Source of the DNA: Azolla caroliniana
Lineage: Eukaryota; Plantae; Polypodiophyta
Length of the DNA: 64,000 nucleotides
Direction of reading: 5' to 3'
Assembly (NCBI GenBank): GCA_043228905.1
Contig: JBHGNT010000010.1
Span: 6,076,001 to 6,140,000 of the forward strand
The translations under genes and the position numbers were made by a program. Positions 1-16,499 of the stretch are shown here, piece by piece. How positions within the stretch are numbered: the first letter of the stretch is position 1; each line of letters begins with the position of its first letter. The notes beneath the pieces are model-generated. The model was not told the DNA's origin. It did not search any database and saw only the letters and a program-made list of their open reading frames with translations.

Positions 1-110
1 ACATTTAAATACTAAAAACTATGGAAAGCACTTACATAGTAGAGCTAGTTATCTTGTAAAGCATTGGTTGTTTCATGATTCAATTGTATTGGAGGTGACA
101 ACTGTTGCAG

Positions 111-761
111 GATCAAATACATTGGCTCTTGCAGCAAGCGTATGAAATGAGATTAGCGGTAGAGCCTCTTCACTGATTCAAAATTATATCTTTTATTGCA
201 ATTGATTTGATATCTTACTATTGTTCTTCTTTTATTTTATTGTGGCGGGGGGGAGATGTTTCTTGCAGACATACAGGTTAATTGTTCCACTCTCTGGACG
301 ATCCTGGTTTGTTTTGGATATCTCATCTAATGCTGACATTATCAATTATTTGACTGATCCGCATGTAGAGCAAGAAAAGGAAGGTGAGGTCAAGAAAAAT
401 ACGTTTCTAGGGTACTCTGGCCTTTCAAGTTTTAATACCTTAGTAAGATTCCTATATTTTTTGTCCAGGTATGGAATGGCGGCATTCATGTTGTGTTGCA
501 ATCAGCACATCATTACAAGGCTCTGGGCTATGGAGGGAACCTGGGCTGCATGATATTTATGAAAAGGTATACCTGTTTATGAAGATTGGCTTGGTATATT
601 TTCATATTCAGAGGTAAAATGCATCCATACCAACCATACTGATTTTGTTGTGGAATGATTTTTCACTGAAATAGGTACAATCAGCTGTTCTCAAGGGACC
701 TTACTTATCCAGAGAGAAGATGGAAGCTCGCCCAATAGTAATAACACAAGAACGTTTCTAG
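111..761 (+). CDS. 3' exons (111-158, 269-383, 469-566, 675-761) of a 26S proteasome non-ATPase regulatory subunit 5 (PSMD5/S5b)-like ARM-repeat chaperone; 5' part lies upstream of the window
   Basis: GT-AG introns join in frame to give DQIHWLLQQAYEMRLA-TYRLIVPLSGRSWFVLDISSNADIINYLTDPHVEQEKE-GMEWRHSCCVAISTSL...EK-VQSAVLKGPYLSREKMEARPIVITQERF*. This resembles the C-terminus of plant PSMD5-like proteins (recalled similarity). Confidence 0.75.
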
Positions 762-2548
762 AGGGAAGGTATTCCAGTAATAGCACATCCAATTTTATAT
801 CTTCTAGCTCTCTCTCTATGTCATTGCATGTGTGTGATGGATCTTATGAGTGTTCTGAATGGTTGAATCCTGAATCTGTTGTGTATTTATACCCGAGGCG
901 CTATGTTCCACCTTAATGCACCATCCTAGCACATGGCACAAAAGTAAAGAAGATGGGTTATACTACTATGAGCATTATGTTCTGCCACCTGTAGGTAATA
1001 AATCCAGTGCATCTGCAATTTCCCATTTTGAATCAGTCTCAAGATCACAAACCTAATTTGACACTGTTGACCAATGCAAAGAAAAAAGAAAGAGTGTAAT
1101 GTGTTTTGTCTGTGAGGATGTATAGAACAATTAGCATTGAGCATGAGTACCATGAGACTATTCAGCTATGTCAATATTTCGATACCTTACTTCAGTTCAT
1201 CCTTTTTTGAATATGGATCAGAAATGCATCTCATTATTGTTTATCTATGTGAGGATGGCCTGTTGAGCATCTCTTGGAATAGTGATCTTGAAGTGCACAA
1301 GTTATTGCATACCTTAATTTTGCTTTCAAAGAAACCCACATGGTAGTTCATAGACTTGAAATCCAAAATCAACTCAAGAATTGCCAGGGAGATTTGAAAA
1401 AGGTGGCTATGCATGGCAGTTATCTATGTGTGCATTCAATTTTATATTGCCATATATTATTATCTATTCTGTTGGGACATAATTAATGTTAATTCATTTA
1501 TTACTTTATGACAGGTTTTTTCACCATATATCTGACTATTTGGTGTCTGATGGATGACGGAAATCAAGATGTATGTTGATTATGTTGTGTGGAAATCAGA
1601 ACTTAGTAGGCAATGGATGTACAGATGAACTAATATTTGATTGCTCATCAACAATCTGGGTTTAGTCCAAAATTAATGTCTTTCATCATAAACTCGATAG
1701 TTTTAGTATGTCTTTCATTGTCAACAATCTAGGTCTGGAACTTTTGGTAATGTTTGTGTGTCTCGACATAGTTTAAGTATGAATTATATTTGGTTGAAAG
1801 CAAGGAAAATAGCACAAGCTGTGATGAGTTAAGAACATAGATGCTAGCCTCAAGTTGGAACCCTGTGATGAGCCTGTCTACCTAATTTTCTTTCAATTCA
1901 GAGTTTCATCTTGAGGATATCCAGCGATACGAAAAGTTTGGTTAGTAGGTTTGTCTGTTCCTGGTTGCATCAATCGATGCCAAGTAAAAGTATGTAACTT
2001 GGCATAAATACTAGCAAACAATTGTTCATCACTGAATATTTCATTTCTCACATCTAAACTACATAAACACACAAATTTTATGGCATTAAGGTTTGAATGT
2101 GTGAATATTTAGCTTAACAGAGTTCATTAAGAATGTGCAAGGTAGATGGTACAGAAGTAAAATGTTGCATCTTTAACAACTCGTAGCTCAGTTTATTCCC
2201 AGTGTTTGAGACATTGGTTGATATCAACTTCAATTTGATCTCCTTTCTCATTACTGTGGTTCCACATACAACGAACAATTAATTCACTTTAATAATAATA
2301 TGATCTTAAAACTATGGTTAACATTCCAAGTAAATCCTGCTACAGAACTACCTATAATTGGATATTTTGATAAATACTTTTAATTAAATGTTTATACAAC
2401 CAACTACTTATGTAATTTCCATTGCTTTGGTAGTACATATGTTAATGCTCCTACAATCAACTGCTCATGTAAAACATTTTCCATTGGTTTTGGTGTTTTA
2501 CTTATTTGGCTGTGTTTTCTCACTTTTTGTACGATTAACTAGTTTTGA

Positions 2549-2684
2549 TACGATTTGCATATCTTCAAATATAGTTATGTCTTGATCAAATATTATTTCA
2601 ACGTCAATGATTGGTTTACGATTTGCATATCTTCAAATATAGTTATGTCTTGATCAAATATTATTTCAACGTCAATGATTGGTT
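2549..2684. repeat. Perfect 68-bp tandem duplication
   Basis: tacgatttgcatatc...caatgattggtt at 2549-2616 and 2617-2684. Confidence 0.95.
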
Positions 2685-3699
2685 GTTTGCTGGCATCTTT
2701 AAAGACGGTGTCCTCTTTGGGTCAGGAATCACATTTTAAACGGGATAGTGATTGAGTACTTACTATTTTAGAAGCTATTTTAGAAGCACTTTTTATAAGA
2801 CTTTTATGAAATGCCACGTCTGAACTTTGATGATGAAAAGATAAGTCTGTAGCCAATATTAGCAGCCATTATATAACTTTGTTCTCCAAATCTCCCTACC
2901 TCATATGTATTGTCCCTTCTCCATATTTAGTTGGATGATTGATCATTTTAATTGTAAGGTAAGAAGTAGACACGGTCAATCATAATGAGATGTGATACCT
3001 CTAGCAATATGATGAACCTCAATAATGTTTTAATGTTTTTATAATGACTAGGCCTCAAGTATGGTTATCAATGTAATTAAAAGTAAAAGAATACCAGGTA
3101 CCGTCCAATATCCATTACATTAATATTGTATGGGTTGTGAGAATGTGAAGGAGTACCTTTCCAATAAAGAAAGTGTAGGACCCGGGAAGAGAAGCTCAAC
3201 GAAATAGCTTTTATTGAACCCTCCAAGAAGGATAAAGCATTGCAACAATTTAATATGCCTTTATGGAGCCCTCCAAGAAAGACAAAGTATGGCGACAATT
3301 TAATGTGCATCCTAGCCTTCGAAAATTTCCTCTTCTTCCCATAATGTACCCCTTGATCGGTAAAGAAATGATTTCACCCTCAACAATAAAAGTAAAGAGA
3401 TAAAGAGGTTATGCTCTCTATTATAACTACAAAACCTCTACACAAATGGCTTTACCCTTTGACAATGCTTCTACATACAAATGGTTTCAGACCCCTTTTA
3501 AAATGCTTCTACTTTGGACTAGTAACAAAATAGTGCCTTGCCTTGTGCAAAAGAAGCTATCACTTGCCTCATAAATCGTCCTATTATGAAACTATTATGG
3601 GAGTGCCTTTAGAGATAACAAAGCTCAAACAAAACACATTCATAAGTACCTCTGGGATCATGAACATTTTAAGCTTTCAGATAGAGCAACACAATGCTT

Positions 3700-3887
3700 A
3701 TAATTATGGCTTCCCATTATAATGATTAAAAACTAGGAAAAGTAAATGAATTACACTCCCATGAACCATTTACATAATTATAGCTTCCTATTATAATGAT
3801 CATTATAATGATTAAATTATAAGCTTCCCATTATAACGATTCAAAACTACAAAAAAGTAAATGAATTACACTGCCATGAACCATTTG
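3700..3887. repeat. Imperfect AT-rich tandem repeat (two ~70-bp units plus partial copies)
   Basis: gcttcccattataatgatt...aaaagtaaatgaattacact.ccatgaaccattt occurs twice, with extra cttcc.attataatgat partial units between. Confidence 0.75.
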
Positions 3888-3975
3888 CAAAAGAGAAATA
3901 GCGAAAGAGATTGGATATCCCAACCTGGCCTATATTATATGACGTATGTACATATGTGTCATGGCTTCGGGTTTA

Positions 3976-4728
3976 TCATCTTTGAACCTGCCCAACATCA
4001 TATTGATGACAAGGTTTATCTGTGTCCTTGAGCCTCTCGCCAACACCCTCGTGACAAGGTTCACCATTACCATCAGAGTCACTTACATTACAAATTGCAT
4101 AGTTGAGGGAACTATCATCGCCACGAGGAGGGGTCATAACACAAACATGCCCATACATGTCACCTGTGGTGTGGACACATCCCTCTAGGGGAGCTTCGAC
4201 GGCATCCAAGGGAATCACGAGACCCTCTCGCAACTTCTCTTGCACACCCAAAGGCACACCGCGGGTCGAGATCTCGGGAGAATGATGGTTATGTTGTCCA
4301 TGAAGGTGGTCATCAGCTATAAGGGTGGTGGGATTAGCCATAGCCATAACCGACAAAGGAGGAGGATGTGATGCATTCGATGAAGGAGCTCCGAGTCCGT
4401 GGGTATCCGTCAAGAATGTCGAAGGTGTGAATGAAGACTGGCCGCCACAAGTGCCCGAACATTGAGAAGGATTCAAATTGTAGCCGATACCGACATCTTG
4501 CTGCGGCAAGACTCCGCGATTCACTGTCTTCCCTTGATCATGAAGACCTCCACCATATTCACTAGTCATACTCCCTCCTTTACCTTCAAAAGAAAAAGAA
4601 GAAGAAGAAGAAGGGGTGGGAGCATGAACTTGCATGCCTTTCTCGGAGATGGTCATGCCATGGAGACCACGAGCATGGTTTGAGTTACTCTGTGTTGGTT
4701 CTGCTGGTTGCATCTGAGCCATGGCCAC
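3976..4728 (-). other. Intronless 250-codon ORF of unknown function, possibly a decayed mobile-element fragment
   Basis: ORF track; more GC-rich than flanks; Ser/Gly/His-rich with no recognisable domain. Confidence 0.3.
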
Positions 4729-5512
4729 CCCTTCAATTAACCCTTGTCCTGTTCTTCCTGGTCATGCTTCCTTCCGTTAATATATAACAAGAATTCATGA
4801 TCTTTCCAATTTGGGACTGATCTACTAGAAGCCATCCAGTGAAGGTCTCAAACAATGGAGAGATTAGTGCCAAGGATGGCACCCTTTGGAGTGCCCACAT
4901 TCTTCAAAGAGTCACGATGAATTCGTCCTTCCACACTTGGACGGAGAGCATTGTGTCAATCTCGAGGGTTTTGGGTTGATGCATGGGAGAGTACAACCAC
5001 CTCTTGATCGTGCTGTACCCTAACTTACACATTAATTGAGGTGTCGTTCCTTCCGAATCAAAATATAATTCTTGTTTTACCACAAGCAACACTTGATGCT
5101 AGGAAGACCTACACAGATGAACCCATGGTGTTGTAATCTGAATGAGGAAAGTAGAGTAACCCTAGAGGATGTTCCAAACGAGTTTTGGCAATGCCAAATT
5201 TACAGAAGGTTTGGACATCGATAATTACAAAGATTACCTTGTTCATCTATCAATGGGTATTTGTTTAGGTGGTTCAATTGCTGCCATATAACACTCCTCT
5301 TACACTATCGAGCTTACTTTTCTCAAGGGGTAAAAGTTATGGCATAGTTGGCAAAAGCAATGCTCTTTTTGAATGGTGAACAAAGTGAAGTGGTCTAATA
5401 TGTCCATCTATGAGAGTTTTGCCACTATCTAATGTGGTTTCTTTGTCCCTTAAAGAGTTGTAATTGCAATGATTGACATTGCAACATCTTTACGGACTAT
5501 ATCTAACATGAT

Positions 5513-5744
5513 ATAGCCCTTACATTAGTGACAACAACATTGCTCAAATAGGTGGACCACATGTGACAAGTGTGAAAAACGTCATTTACAATCCATCAAA
5601 GCATACCCCTGTATATGAGACCAATTCATGATAGCCCTTACATTAGTGACAACAACATTGCTCAAATAGGTGGACCACATGTGACAAGTGTGAAAAACGT
5701 CATTTACAATCCATCAAAGCATACCCCTGTATATGAGACCAATT
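5513..5744. repeat. ~118-bp perfect tandem duplication
   Basis: atagcccttacattagtgac...gagaccaatt starts at 5513 and at 5631. Confidence 0.95.
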
Positions 5745-6328
5745 AATTCATACATTTATGCAACTGATTGCAAAAGTACCTCTTTTTCTAATACCAGATG
5801 TTTTTCAATAACCTATATGCAACAAGAGATCTAGATTATCATTAACCTCAGCATTCAGACAAATTTGGTTAAGACATACTACATTCCAATGGCTTAATAC
5901 AAACAAATATAGATTATAACCACTCATTGAGACTCACAATATTATTTCTTCATATTATATTTTTTATATAATCATTCACTGAAACTTGCACTTTTTTCTT
6001 GCTATGACTTGAATTAAATAAAGTCGTTACCATCCATGTCAACAACTACAATATATTAAACAAAGCCCTGCATTATGGCATTTGCAACTTTCCCATGTCT
6101 CTATTGTTCCTTTTGATCAGAATTCTGTTCTAGCTTATTGATCAGATATCATATCATTCACCATTGGTAACAAATCTATGCTTATTGTGAAGTTGTCAAA
6201 AATGTAATTTGTGAAAAGGGTGTCATTGTTTCAAGCATGCAAATTTTGATACAATTGCTAATGTGTCAATGAATTACATGGAAACAGTAGCATATCGATA
6301 AAATGATGATATAATCACAATTCATAAA

Positions 6329-9163
6329 TTAGTATACAAAAGGTATAATTGCTTTACGAGATACAGGATAGTTTTCAAACTTTGCCTTGTACCATTTGTG
6401 TGTTTCCACAGCAGCTATCCAAAGGTTTACAACCTGAAAAGACATGAAACCAACACAGATTTGCAAACTTAGTGATGACTCAACCTTTACAAACAAATTA
6501 GAAAAAGATAGAGACTAAGGATCTCACAGAGATATAACACTAGTGAGAACAACTGTTCTTCATAAAGAGATTTAGGGTCACTATTTTACGACTTGACATA
6601 GCTTCCATTTTTTCTAAGTTTAAAGGCTCAATAGAACAATGAGAGAAACAAAGAGGTATAAAAATAGCAACTGAAAGGCCATAATGGAGAGAATAAGCTT
6701 TTACCACAAATGTGAATAATAACCAAGTATCTAGGTTTCGACCCCCCTTTGCCATAACAAAGCTGAAATACATTACCTGCAATGAGAAAGTTTACCCAAA
6801 GTCAGTGCCAATACATACAACCCAATTTTCTCCACATAAAATGTTCTTTAAAAGTGAATATGGGATTTCAACACGTGTCTTTTCTTGTAAATAAGAGCTT
6901 TCATCAATACTTACAAACTCCGCGAAATAATGTGCCGCTGAGACATATTCAAACCAATCACCATATGGGATCTTGTAAACATGATTGTCGGCTTTCTTCG
7001 ATCTTAAAGAAGCCTAGAAAATGAAACAAATGAACACACAAAAATACCCATTAAGTTCCTGGGTATTCACTACAACACCCTTATATTTCCATATATTACC
7101 ACCCAAATGCCCCTCCCCAGTACAAAAATAAGCATTTTAAACTCACCAGAATCATATGGCACCGGTACTGATGAAACCAACCCCAAAAAAAAAGGACACT
7201 GCTTAACCAACAAAGCCAACCTATCTCAAATAAGGGTTTCCATCCATAAAATTTGATTTCAATTTCATCATGCCTATGGGACATCAGCCCTTGTAATGAT
7301 TTCATGAGAAATTCAACTCCTCCAGGAAATAATGACAAAGGAGCCGAGATATAAAATCTGCATAGCCACAACAAAAATTTATTGTTATGAGCAAAATAAT
7401 TCAAGCTCTTGGAAACAATGATGATGGAACCAAGATGGACATACATGCCAACTTCTGTTGCAATATTTATGATACATATAAAAACATATTTATGTTTGAG
7501 TTAACCACTGTAACAGCTTCCCCACAGGACCATCTTTTCTAACCATTTTCAGCTTCCATTCACTATGTTCAACAAAGCTGAAGGTTTAGACCAATTAATA
7601 ACTAGCTAATATATGGGTGTTAGCCTACGCAACACCATTACTGCTGGGGCTTGGCTCCCGAACTAGGCCTGAACTAGGCCTCACATGGCTCTTCTTAAGA
7701 GCTTAAATCCTCACAGGCTCTTTAATTCCTGATCATACAATTATAGAAAAAGATGACGGATGACAAAAACGTTGATAGCAACAAAGGCCAACCAATAAGG
7801 CATGTGTGTAGTATAATACAGCACATTATTTGTAACTTCTCCTCAAAAAGATGCTAAGTGAAAAACAAGACCTGAAAGAAACACAGTTAATGTAATGAGC
7901 TCAGAAGTGCTAGGACAAATTCAAGTAAATTAAACTACAGCTTAGAAGAGAAGAAGATGTCACTCCAGGACTTAACACAAAACAAGACCAGAATGAAACT
8001 CTTGGATAACATGCCTGTATTACAGCTCAAAAGACAACAATATTGAATTTGGCTCACTAGACAAGGCATGAAAACATGATTGGATTTTCCAAAGAATCAG
8101 AATTAAATCTTTGCGTTCACCTTAGTGAATTATACTAATTGCAAACTCCTTGTGCTTAGTGAAATCTGTCAGAGACACAGACACTCAAAACAAAACAATT
8201 TATACTAGATTTGGATGATGTTTTATGACCTGAAACATACACTGCATCAATACCTAGAGAAAATAAATCAAAGTTTGATGTTTGATGTTTGATGTTTGAT
8301 GTTTGATGTTTGATGTTTGAGAGAATAATTCGAGTTAACGAGTGATATTTGAGAGGAAGCTCTCATTGGTTAGTGGCATTCAAGAGAATTATTCACCTTA
8401 ATAGAGCACTGTTTAAGAGAATAGCTCACATTATTCCACAGAAATAAGCAAATATATGCATCCTGGCAACGGCACTGAACTTCGAAACAAACGTGTCTTC
8501 ATATAGCCTTCTCAAAACCTGCAACTCGAAAAGAAACAAGAGCAAAACAGTCCTCCAGGCCTCTTCACTTGTCATCTTGAAATCGCCCATAAAACTAGGC
8601 ATGAGGAAGATGTAGGCAAGCATCATTAGGAGAAGCAAGCCATTAAAAAGAGACCCCGTTATATAGAAATGCACAAAGAGCCTCTGTGGGATAGTGAATT
8701 TCTGCAACATCAAAGATGTTATTTCAGTAAAATACATCTTCCCTTAGAGTACCAAATTTTAAATGGGCATTTATGTATGTGTGCATATGTGTGTGTGTGT
8801 ATGTATGTGTGTATGTGTGTCTGTTTGTGTGCATGTCTATATTTATGTATGCGTATAGCTGTATGCATGGATGTGCCTATATTTGCATGTTTGCATGCAT
8901 GCATCTATGAATGTATGTATGCACGATATACATATGTATGTATCAAGAAAAATGAGAGATCCTGCATGTATGCATGTATAGAGAGACGAAGAGAGGCTTA
9001 CAGGAGGAGGCGATGAAGATGAGTGTTGAACCAGTTTTCCTCTGGAGAAAATGGGCTTTAGAACGTCTTGGAGAGGGGAGGGGAAGAGAGAAAACAACAT
9101 AGTGATGGTGAGGGTTATGAAAATGAGATTGGGAACAGATAGTAGAAACAAAGCACCCTCCAT
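6329..9163 (-). CDS. PPRD: Polyprenol reductase (SRD5A3/PPRD, steroid 5-alpha-reductase family); 6 coding exons 9163-9002, 8701-8430, 7357-7147, 7013-6915, 6776-6705, 6433-6329
   Basis: All introns GT-AG with consistent phases. Motifs [65 protein letters not shown] and [25 protein letters not shown] are typical of plant polyprenol reductases. Confidence 0.92.
8274..8320. repeat. (TTTGATG)n heptamer microsatellite in PPRD intron 2
   Basis: About 6.7 perfect copies. Confidence 0.95.
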
Positions 9164-9558
9164 TACAACCTTTCAAGAAAAAACAGAGTTTGTGCTAAGC
9201 CCAAACAAATTGATCATATCTTTCATATGTATACATACATATATCAATATAAAGATTTGCTACACACACTTTGCTGAATTACCCACCAAAAGTAATACAA
9301 AATTGGATTGATTGGTTTATGGGAACAACTATTGGAAGTCAGAGATCTTGAAACAACCCTGCTCTCCTTTCTATAAGTGAGGGGGGTATCAAGCTTCGTA
9401 TTGTTTTCTGGTCACATTTGGTCACTTCCAGAGAGTAGTACATGGATCTATCTATGAATCCATTCACCCTAATCTCTCTCTTTTTCCGGGAACAAAAGAC
9501 AACTATAGGTAGCTCAAAGACAAACGATCTTTTGGATCTCAATCAATGACACGTAGAC

Positions 9559-9680
9559 TCAATAAGAAAGATTACATTGTTCTCCTCCAATCATGCACTC
9601 TATCTCTATCTCTATTTTTTCAATAAGAAAGATTACATTGTTCTCCTCCAATCATGCACTTTTATCTCTATCTCTATTTT
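9559..9680. repeat. ~61-bp tandem duplication
   Basis: tcaataagaaagattacattgttctcctccaatcatgcact... at 9559 and 9620. Confidence 0.9.
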
Positions 9681-9816
9681 CTTTTTTTGTTTGGTAATTC
9701 GCTTACCCTATTGGTGAGTTGTTACACTACAAGCCACTATGTCTTGGGTTGAACCCATGACCATGCACCTGGTCTCCATTGGGCAACCTTACCAACTGAG
9801 CTACATCCATCTGAGC
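9680..9816 (-). mobile_element. tRNA-derived SINE-like element
   Basis: The minus strand reads tagctcagttggtaag (A box) ... catgggttcaaccc (B box) ... A-rich tail. It is flanked by tatctctatctctattt at 9663-9679 and 9817-9833 (possible target-site duplication (TSD), but low complexity). A related copy lies at 24057-24126. Confidence 0.6.
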
Positions 9817-10237
9817 TATCTCTATCTCTATTTCTCTTCATCGCTCTTGATTTTAATGGAAGTCACTAAGTAAGTGAACCCAAGTTCGATCCCGTGTCCC
9901 AATTGATAACCGATCAATTAGAATTATTCTATTTAAGCAAAGGGTCAGCCTTCAGGAAAAGGGACTGAATCCATGATTGATCAGGGCAAAGGAGACTTTT
10001 TTGTGCAATCCTTTTTTCTGTGCGGGTCCCATTGGTCATGACACATGCCTATTGACGAATGTAATAAATCATTATAAACATCTGCAATCTATCCCTCTCA
10101 TCAATGACCTGTTCACACACAAAGAGAGAGAGAGAGAGAGAGATGAATACCAGGAATTCAAATGTCTTATGGGGGAGATGAAGAGACCCACTGGGGCCGA
10201 CCGGAAGGGTGAAGAAGAAGAAGATGAAGAAGAAGAA

Positions 10238-10254
10238 GGGTTTAGGGTTTAGGG
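10238..10254 (-). promoter_or_regulatory. Telo-box-like AAACCCTA motifs inside a CTT-rich tract; probable 5' UTR/TSS region of PPRD
   Basis: gggtttagggtttaggg between GAA repeats; a candidate minus-strand donor lies at ~10150 and an acceptor at ~9170 just before the PPRD ATG; site-II-like GGCCC motifs at ~10705-10727. Confidence 0.4.
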
Positions 10255-10766
10255 AAGAAGAAGAAGAAGAGGGAAGTAAAAACCATGTGAGGTTTCTCTA
10301 TCTTCTCCTTTTCTTTCTGTTGTATGTATCATGTGATGTATCATGTATGTAGCACACACACTACATACATGTCTGTTATGTGGGTTCCTTTTCTTTGGGT
10401 TGGATTAAGGTTAAGGGTGAGGGTGAGGGTGAGGGGGAAGGAGTCCCGACAAAGAGATAAGTACATGTGTGCGTGTGCGTGATTCGGCTTTCGTCGACAA
10501 ATCTGTTCTAGCAAACCATATCGATGTGTAGGTGCCATGGAATACAGACATTGTCAAGTGAGAATTCTCGTTTATGTATTATTCTTGACATGATTCGTAC
10601 ATTAGGGTGAAGGGGGTGGGGGGGGGGGGGACTCCAACACTAATCTTGATTCAGATCCCCTCGTGGGCGTGTTACTTTGCCCTAATCCCATCCAATCCAA
10701 TCTTTGGCCCCCCAGCCCGTAGGCCCATGGGTATGGTGGTCATATGTTTTTTGTATGGATATGTTT

Positions 10767-10866
10767 NNNNNNNNNNNNNNNNNNNNNNNNNNNNNNNNNN
10801 NNNNNNNNNNNNNNNNNNNNNNNNNNNNNNNNNNNNNNNNNNNNNNNNNNNNNNNNNNNNNNNNNN
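10767..10866. other. Assembly gap (100 N, true size unknown)
   Basis: Run of exactly 100 n; removes the 14-3-3 start codon and roughly the first 30 codons. Confidence 0.99.
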
Positions 10867-13644
<2,778 letters not shown>

Positions 13645-16499
13645 TTTATTCCTAAAAGAGGACATTTGTGCGTTTGTTATGATCCGTACGTAGCATGCTT
13701 TTTTCAAGCTGTTGGTAGGAACTGTATTGATAAAAGTTATATTTATTTAGCATCTGTCTCCCTCTGCATATGCAATAGTATTACACGGTCATGTCAAGAT
13801 AGGTTTGGCAGTTAACATCACAGCAACAGTGTAATACTGCCACCTGTGAACACACATTTTTGACCTGTCAAATTTAGCTAATGTATGTTCTAGTGTATAT
13901 TTTTCTTCATTTGAAATAGAGATATTAGTTGCATAATCATGTAATTTGGACTTGGCCATGCATCTTGATTGTATTCTAATAACGTAAGGTGATGATTACA
14001 ATCCTTTGGTCTTAACACAGTTTCAAGAAGTTAAAGCAGTTATCTGTACCTTGAACTCACCTCAAACTTGTTATCTGACCTCCGTTTATATTTTCATGAA
14101 ATCAGTTATTGTACATGCCAACAATACAGTCATGAGATAATAATATGCTGTCAATAACATATATTTGTGTTATTAATTGTGTGTCAAACTACAGCGTCGC
14201 CTGTAATTGTTTCTTCATTTCATCTTTACAAATGTTGCTACATAAACTGCAGATGTGTTTCCATAGGACTCCCCTCTTGGGTGGTATCCCTCTTTGGAAG
14301 ATACTTTTTGATAGGGATATTTTGGCAGCTGTTATCATAATGGTAGCCACTGAGTTGTAATGGCTGCAAAATGCTTTGTTTTCTCAAGTCATGTGAAGAG
14401 TGCTGCCTCATTTGCATATTTTAGTAAGAGCATGCTGAGTTGCTATATTCCTAATGTACCTCTGAGTGCATGGTCATGAACAATTCCTTTAAAGCTCTGT
14501 ACCAAGTTTGTGTGCATGATTGTGAACCATTTTGCAAAGCCAATCACTGGAAAGTTGGAACAGGGTCAACAAGAATGTTTTCTTGATTCCCAAATATTTA
14601 TTAACTCCATACATGTTAACCAACCTAATAGCTTGGTAAATATTTTGTGAAAATTGGAAGGCGGTTGCACAATCAGATACAAATGTACCAATCTTCCTGT
14701 AGTTCTTTGTGCATTATTGATATCTGTTATCAGGTGCATTTTTTCTCACAGCTGGCTCAAAATTCATCAGCTTGTCTCAAAAGGTAGCGATCCACCCCTC
14801 TCGAGCTTACCTAAAGTTACTCCTCACCAAATCTCAGAAACTAGCATTAAAAAACTATGACTATGTACAGAATGTATAGGTTATAGCTACTTTGTATCAC
14901 GAAACAAAAGCAAAGAATATTTCAATACTAGAGACTGTCATGCATCCAGGTTATAAAAATTTGAAGTCCCCTCTTCCTCCAATTCTCTCTTTTGTGACAT
15001 AACTGAATTATATTTAGGAGTTATATTGCGAGGAGAATTTATATTTAGAGGAGGTTTCCAAGATATCTTCTTCTGTGCTCCATATGCTTGATTACTATAT
15101 TCTCAACGGGTACCTATGTGCGTGCATGGTTGTGAATTATGCCATCAAGTTAATGATGAGGGTTGAGGGAAATGCTTGATTGATTCCAACTAATATTGCT
15201 TATAGACTATCTCTTTTTCCATGGATACTTTTGAGAAAATATCCAACATCTCTGCTTCTTTGCATTACTTAGAGAAAGCTTCCAATATACATTGATCGAC
15301 TTGCTAGTACCTTTGTCAAACAGAAGCCTTAATCTCAGAAAACCACTACCCTTAAGGGGTATGTTTATTGTGGGTTTTGTTTGAAATTTTCAACAATACA
15401 CCATGCATCAAGGTAGTCACATCCATTAGACTACCGCCTTAACCCAGCAAGCCTTCAAATGGAGGCCTTTTTGCCAATCAATAGAGAAATTGACATCCAC
15501 CACCTTGATGAATATCCTGATATTTTATTCATAGATACTATGTTTATGAGGTAGAAGTTGTGGAATAATTGAAGACATGAAACTTCAAATAGCCAATGCT
15601 TAGGGGCCTTATTGTTTATTCCTTACGAAGTAAGAGTGACGAGACATTTTCAAGAGGAGACATAAGAGTGTAGTTGATTACAAATTTATTTGTGATTTGG
15701 AGCAATCACCTCATGGTTTAATCTTGATCTATGGACAAACCCATCCATGGAAGTGTAGTCGAGATGAAAAAAGTCTTTGGAATACATAGCTGGCGAGTTC
15801 TTGGAAATGAGTTCTATTAAAAAATGATCAGGAATGCAAAATTGTGGCCTATGATTTGAACTACAAAAATATTGTAGAAGGTTCCAAAGTGCCTCGAATG
15901 GCCTACAATTTATGTGCAATTCACATCAACAAGATGCAAAGTTATACCATTGATGGTGAACAACTCACATTACCCCCCAATTGATTGGAATTCACATCAA
16001 CATGAAAATGAACATTATCAAGACACAATGTCACTAATAATGTCAACAACTTTCTTGACAATTTGTGCAATTTCTACCAATAAGATTCAAAACTAAATAT
16101 ACAAATGTAACATTTCTCTACAATTGATGTGCATTTCACATCAATAATATAGAATGAATATCTTTACACTTCATACTGAATATAATAATTTGTGCCAACA
16201 AGACATAACACCATTACACTTGATACTAGATAGTGAATATAATGATCTACATTAACAAGACACAATGCAATGAAAATACAACCTATGATAATAGTGTATA
16301 TGATAATTCACATCAAGGAGACACAATATCGCTACTGTTGGTAGGTCATTCATATTGATGAGACACGATGTTTCCCTTTCAAAGGATGGTCCATTTCATG
16401 ATATGAAATGTTCACATTCTTCAGAATTCAACTCTAATAGTTTTTTATTTGTATTGATCAGAGATTACCGCAACATTTTCATCCTCATGTAACAATATG

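Noticed and set aside
8669-9016. Cys/Met-rich ORFs
   Set aside because: Degenerate TG/TATG microsatellite in PPRD intron 1.
9740-9805. Functional tRNA gene
   Set aside because: A and B boxes are present, but no convincing acceptor stem or anticodon arm; treated as SINE-like.
10238-10254. Interstitial telomere
   Set aside because: Only two TTTAGGG units; better explained as telo-box/5' UTR motifs.
10607-10766. N-terminus of the 269-aa ORF as the 14-3-3 start
   Set aside because: The frame only continues through an arbitrary 100-N gap; the peptide has no 14-3-3 similarity, and adjacency across the gap is unverified.
14145-16400. Short ORFs of 60-77 aa
   Set aside because: No motifs or consistent exon chain; probably intergenic or very old repeat debris.
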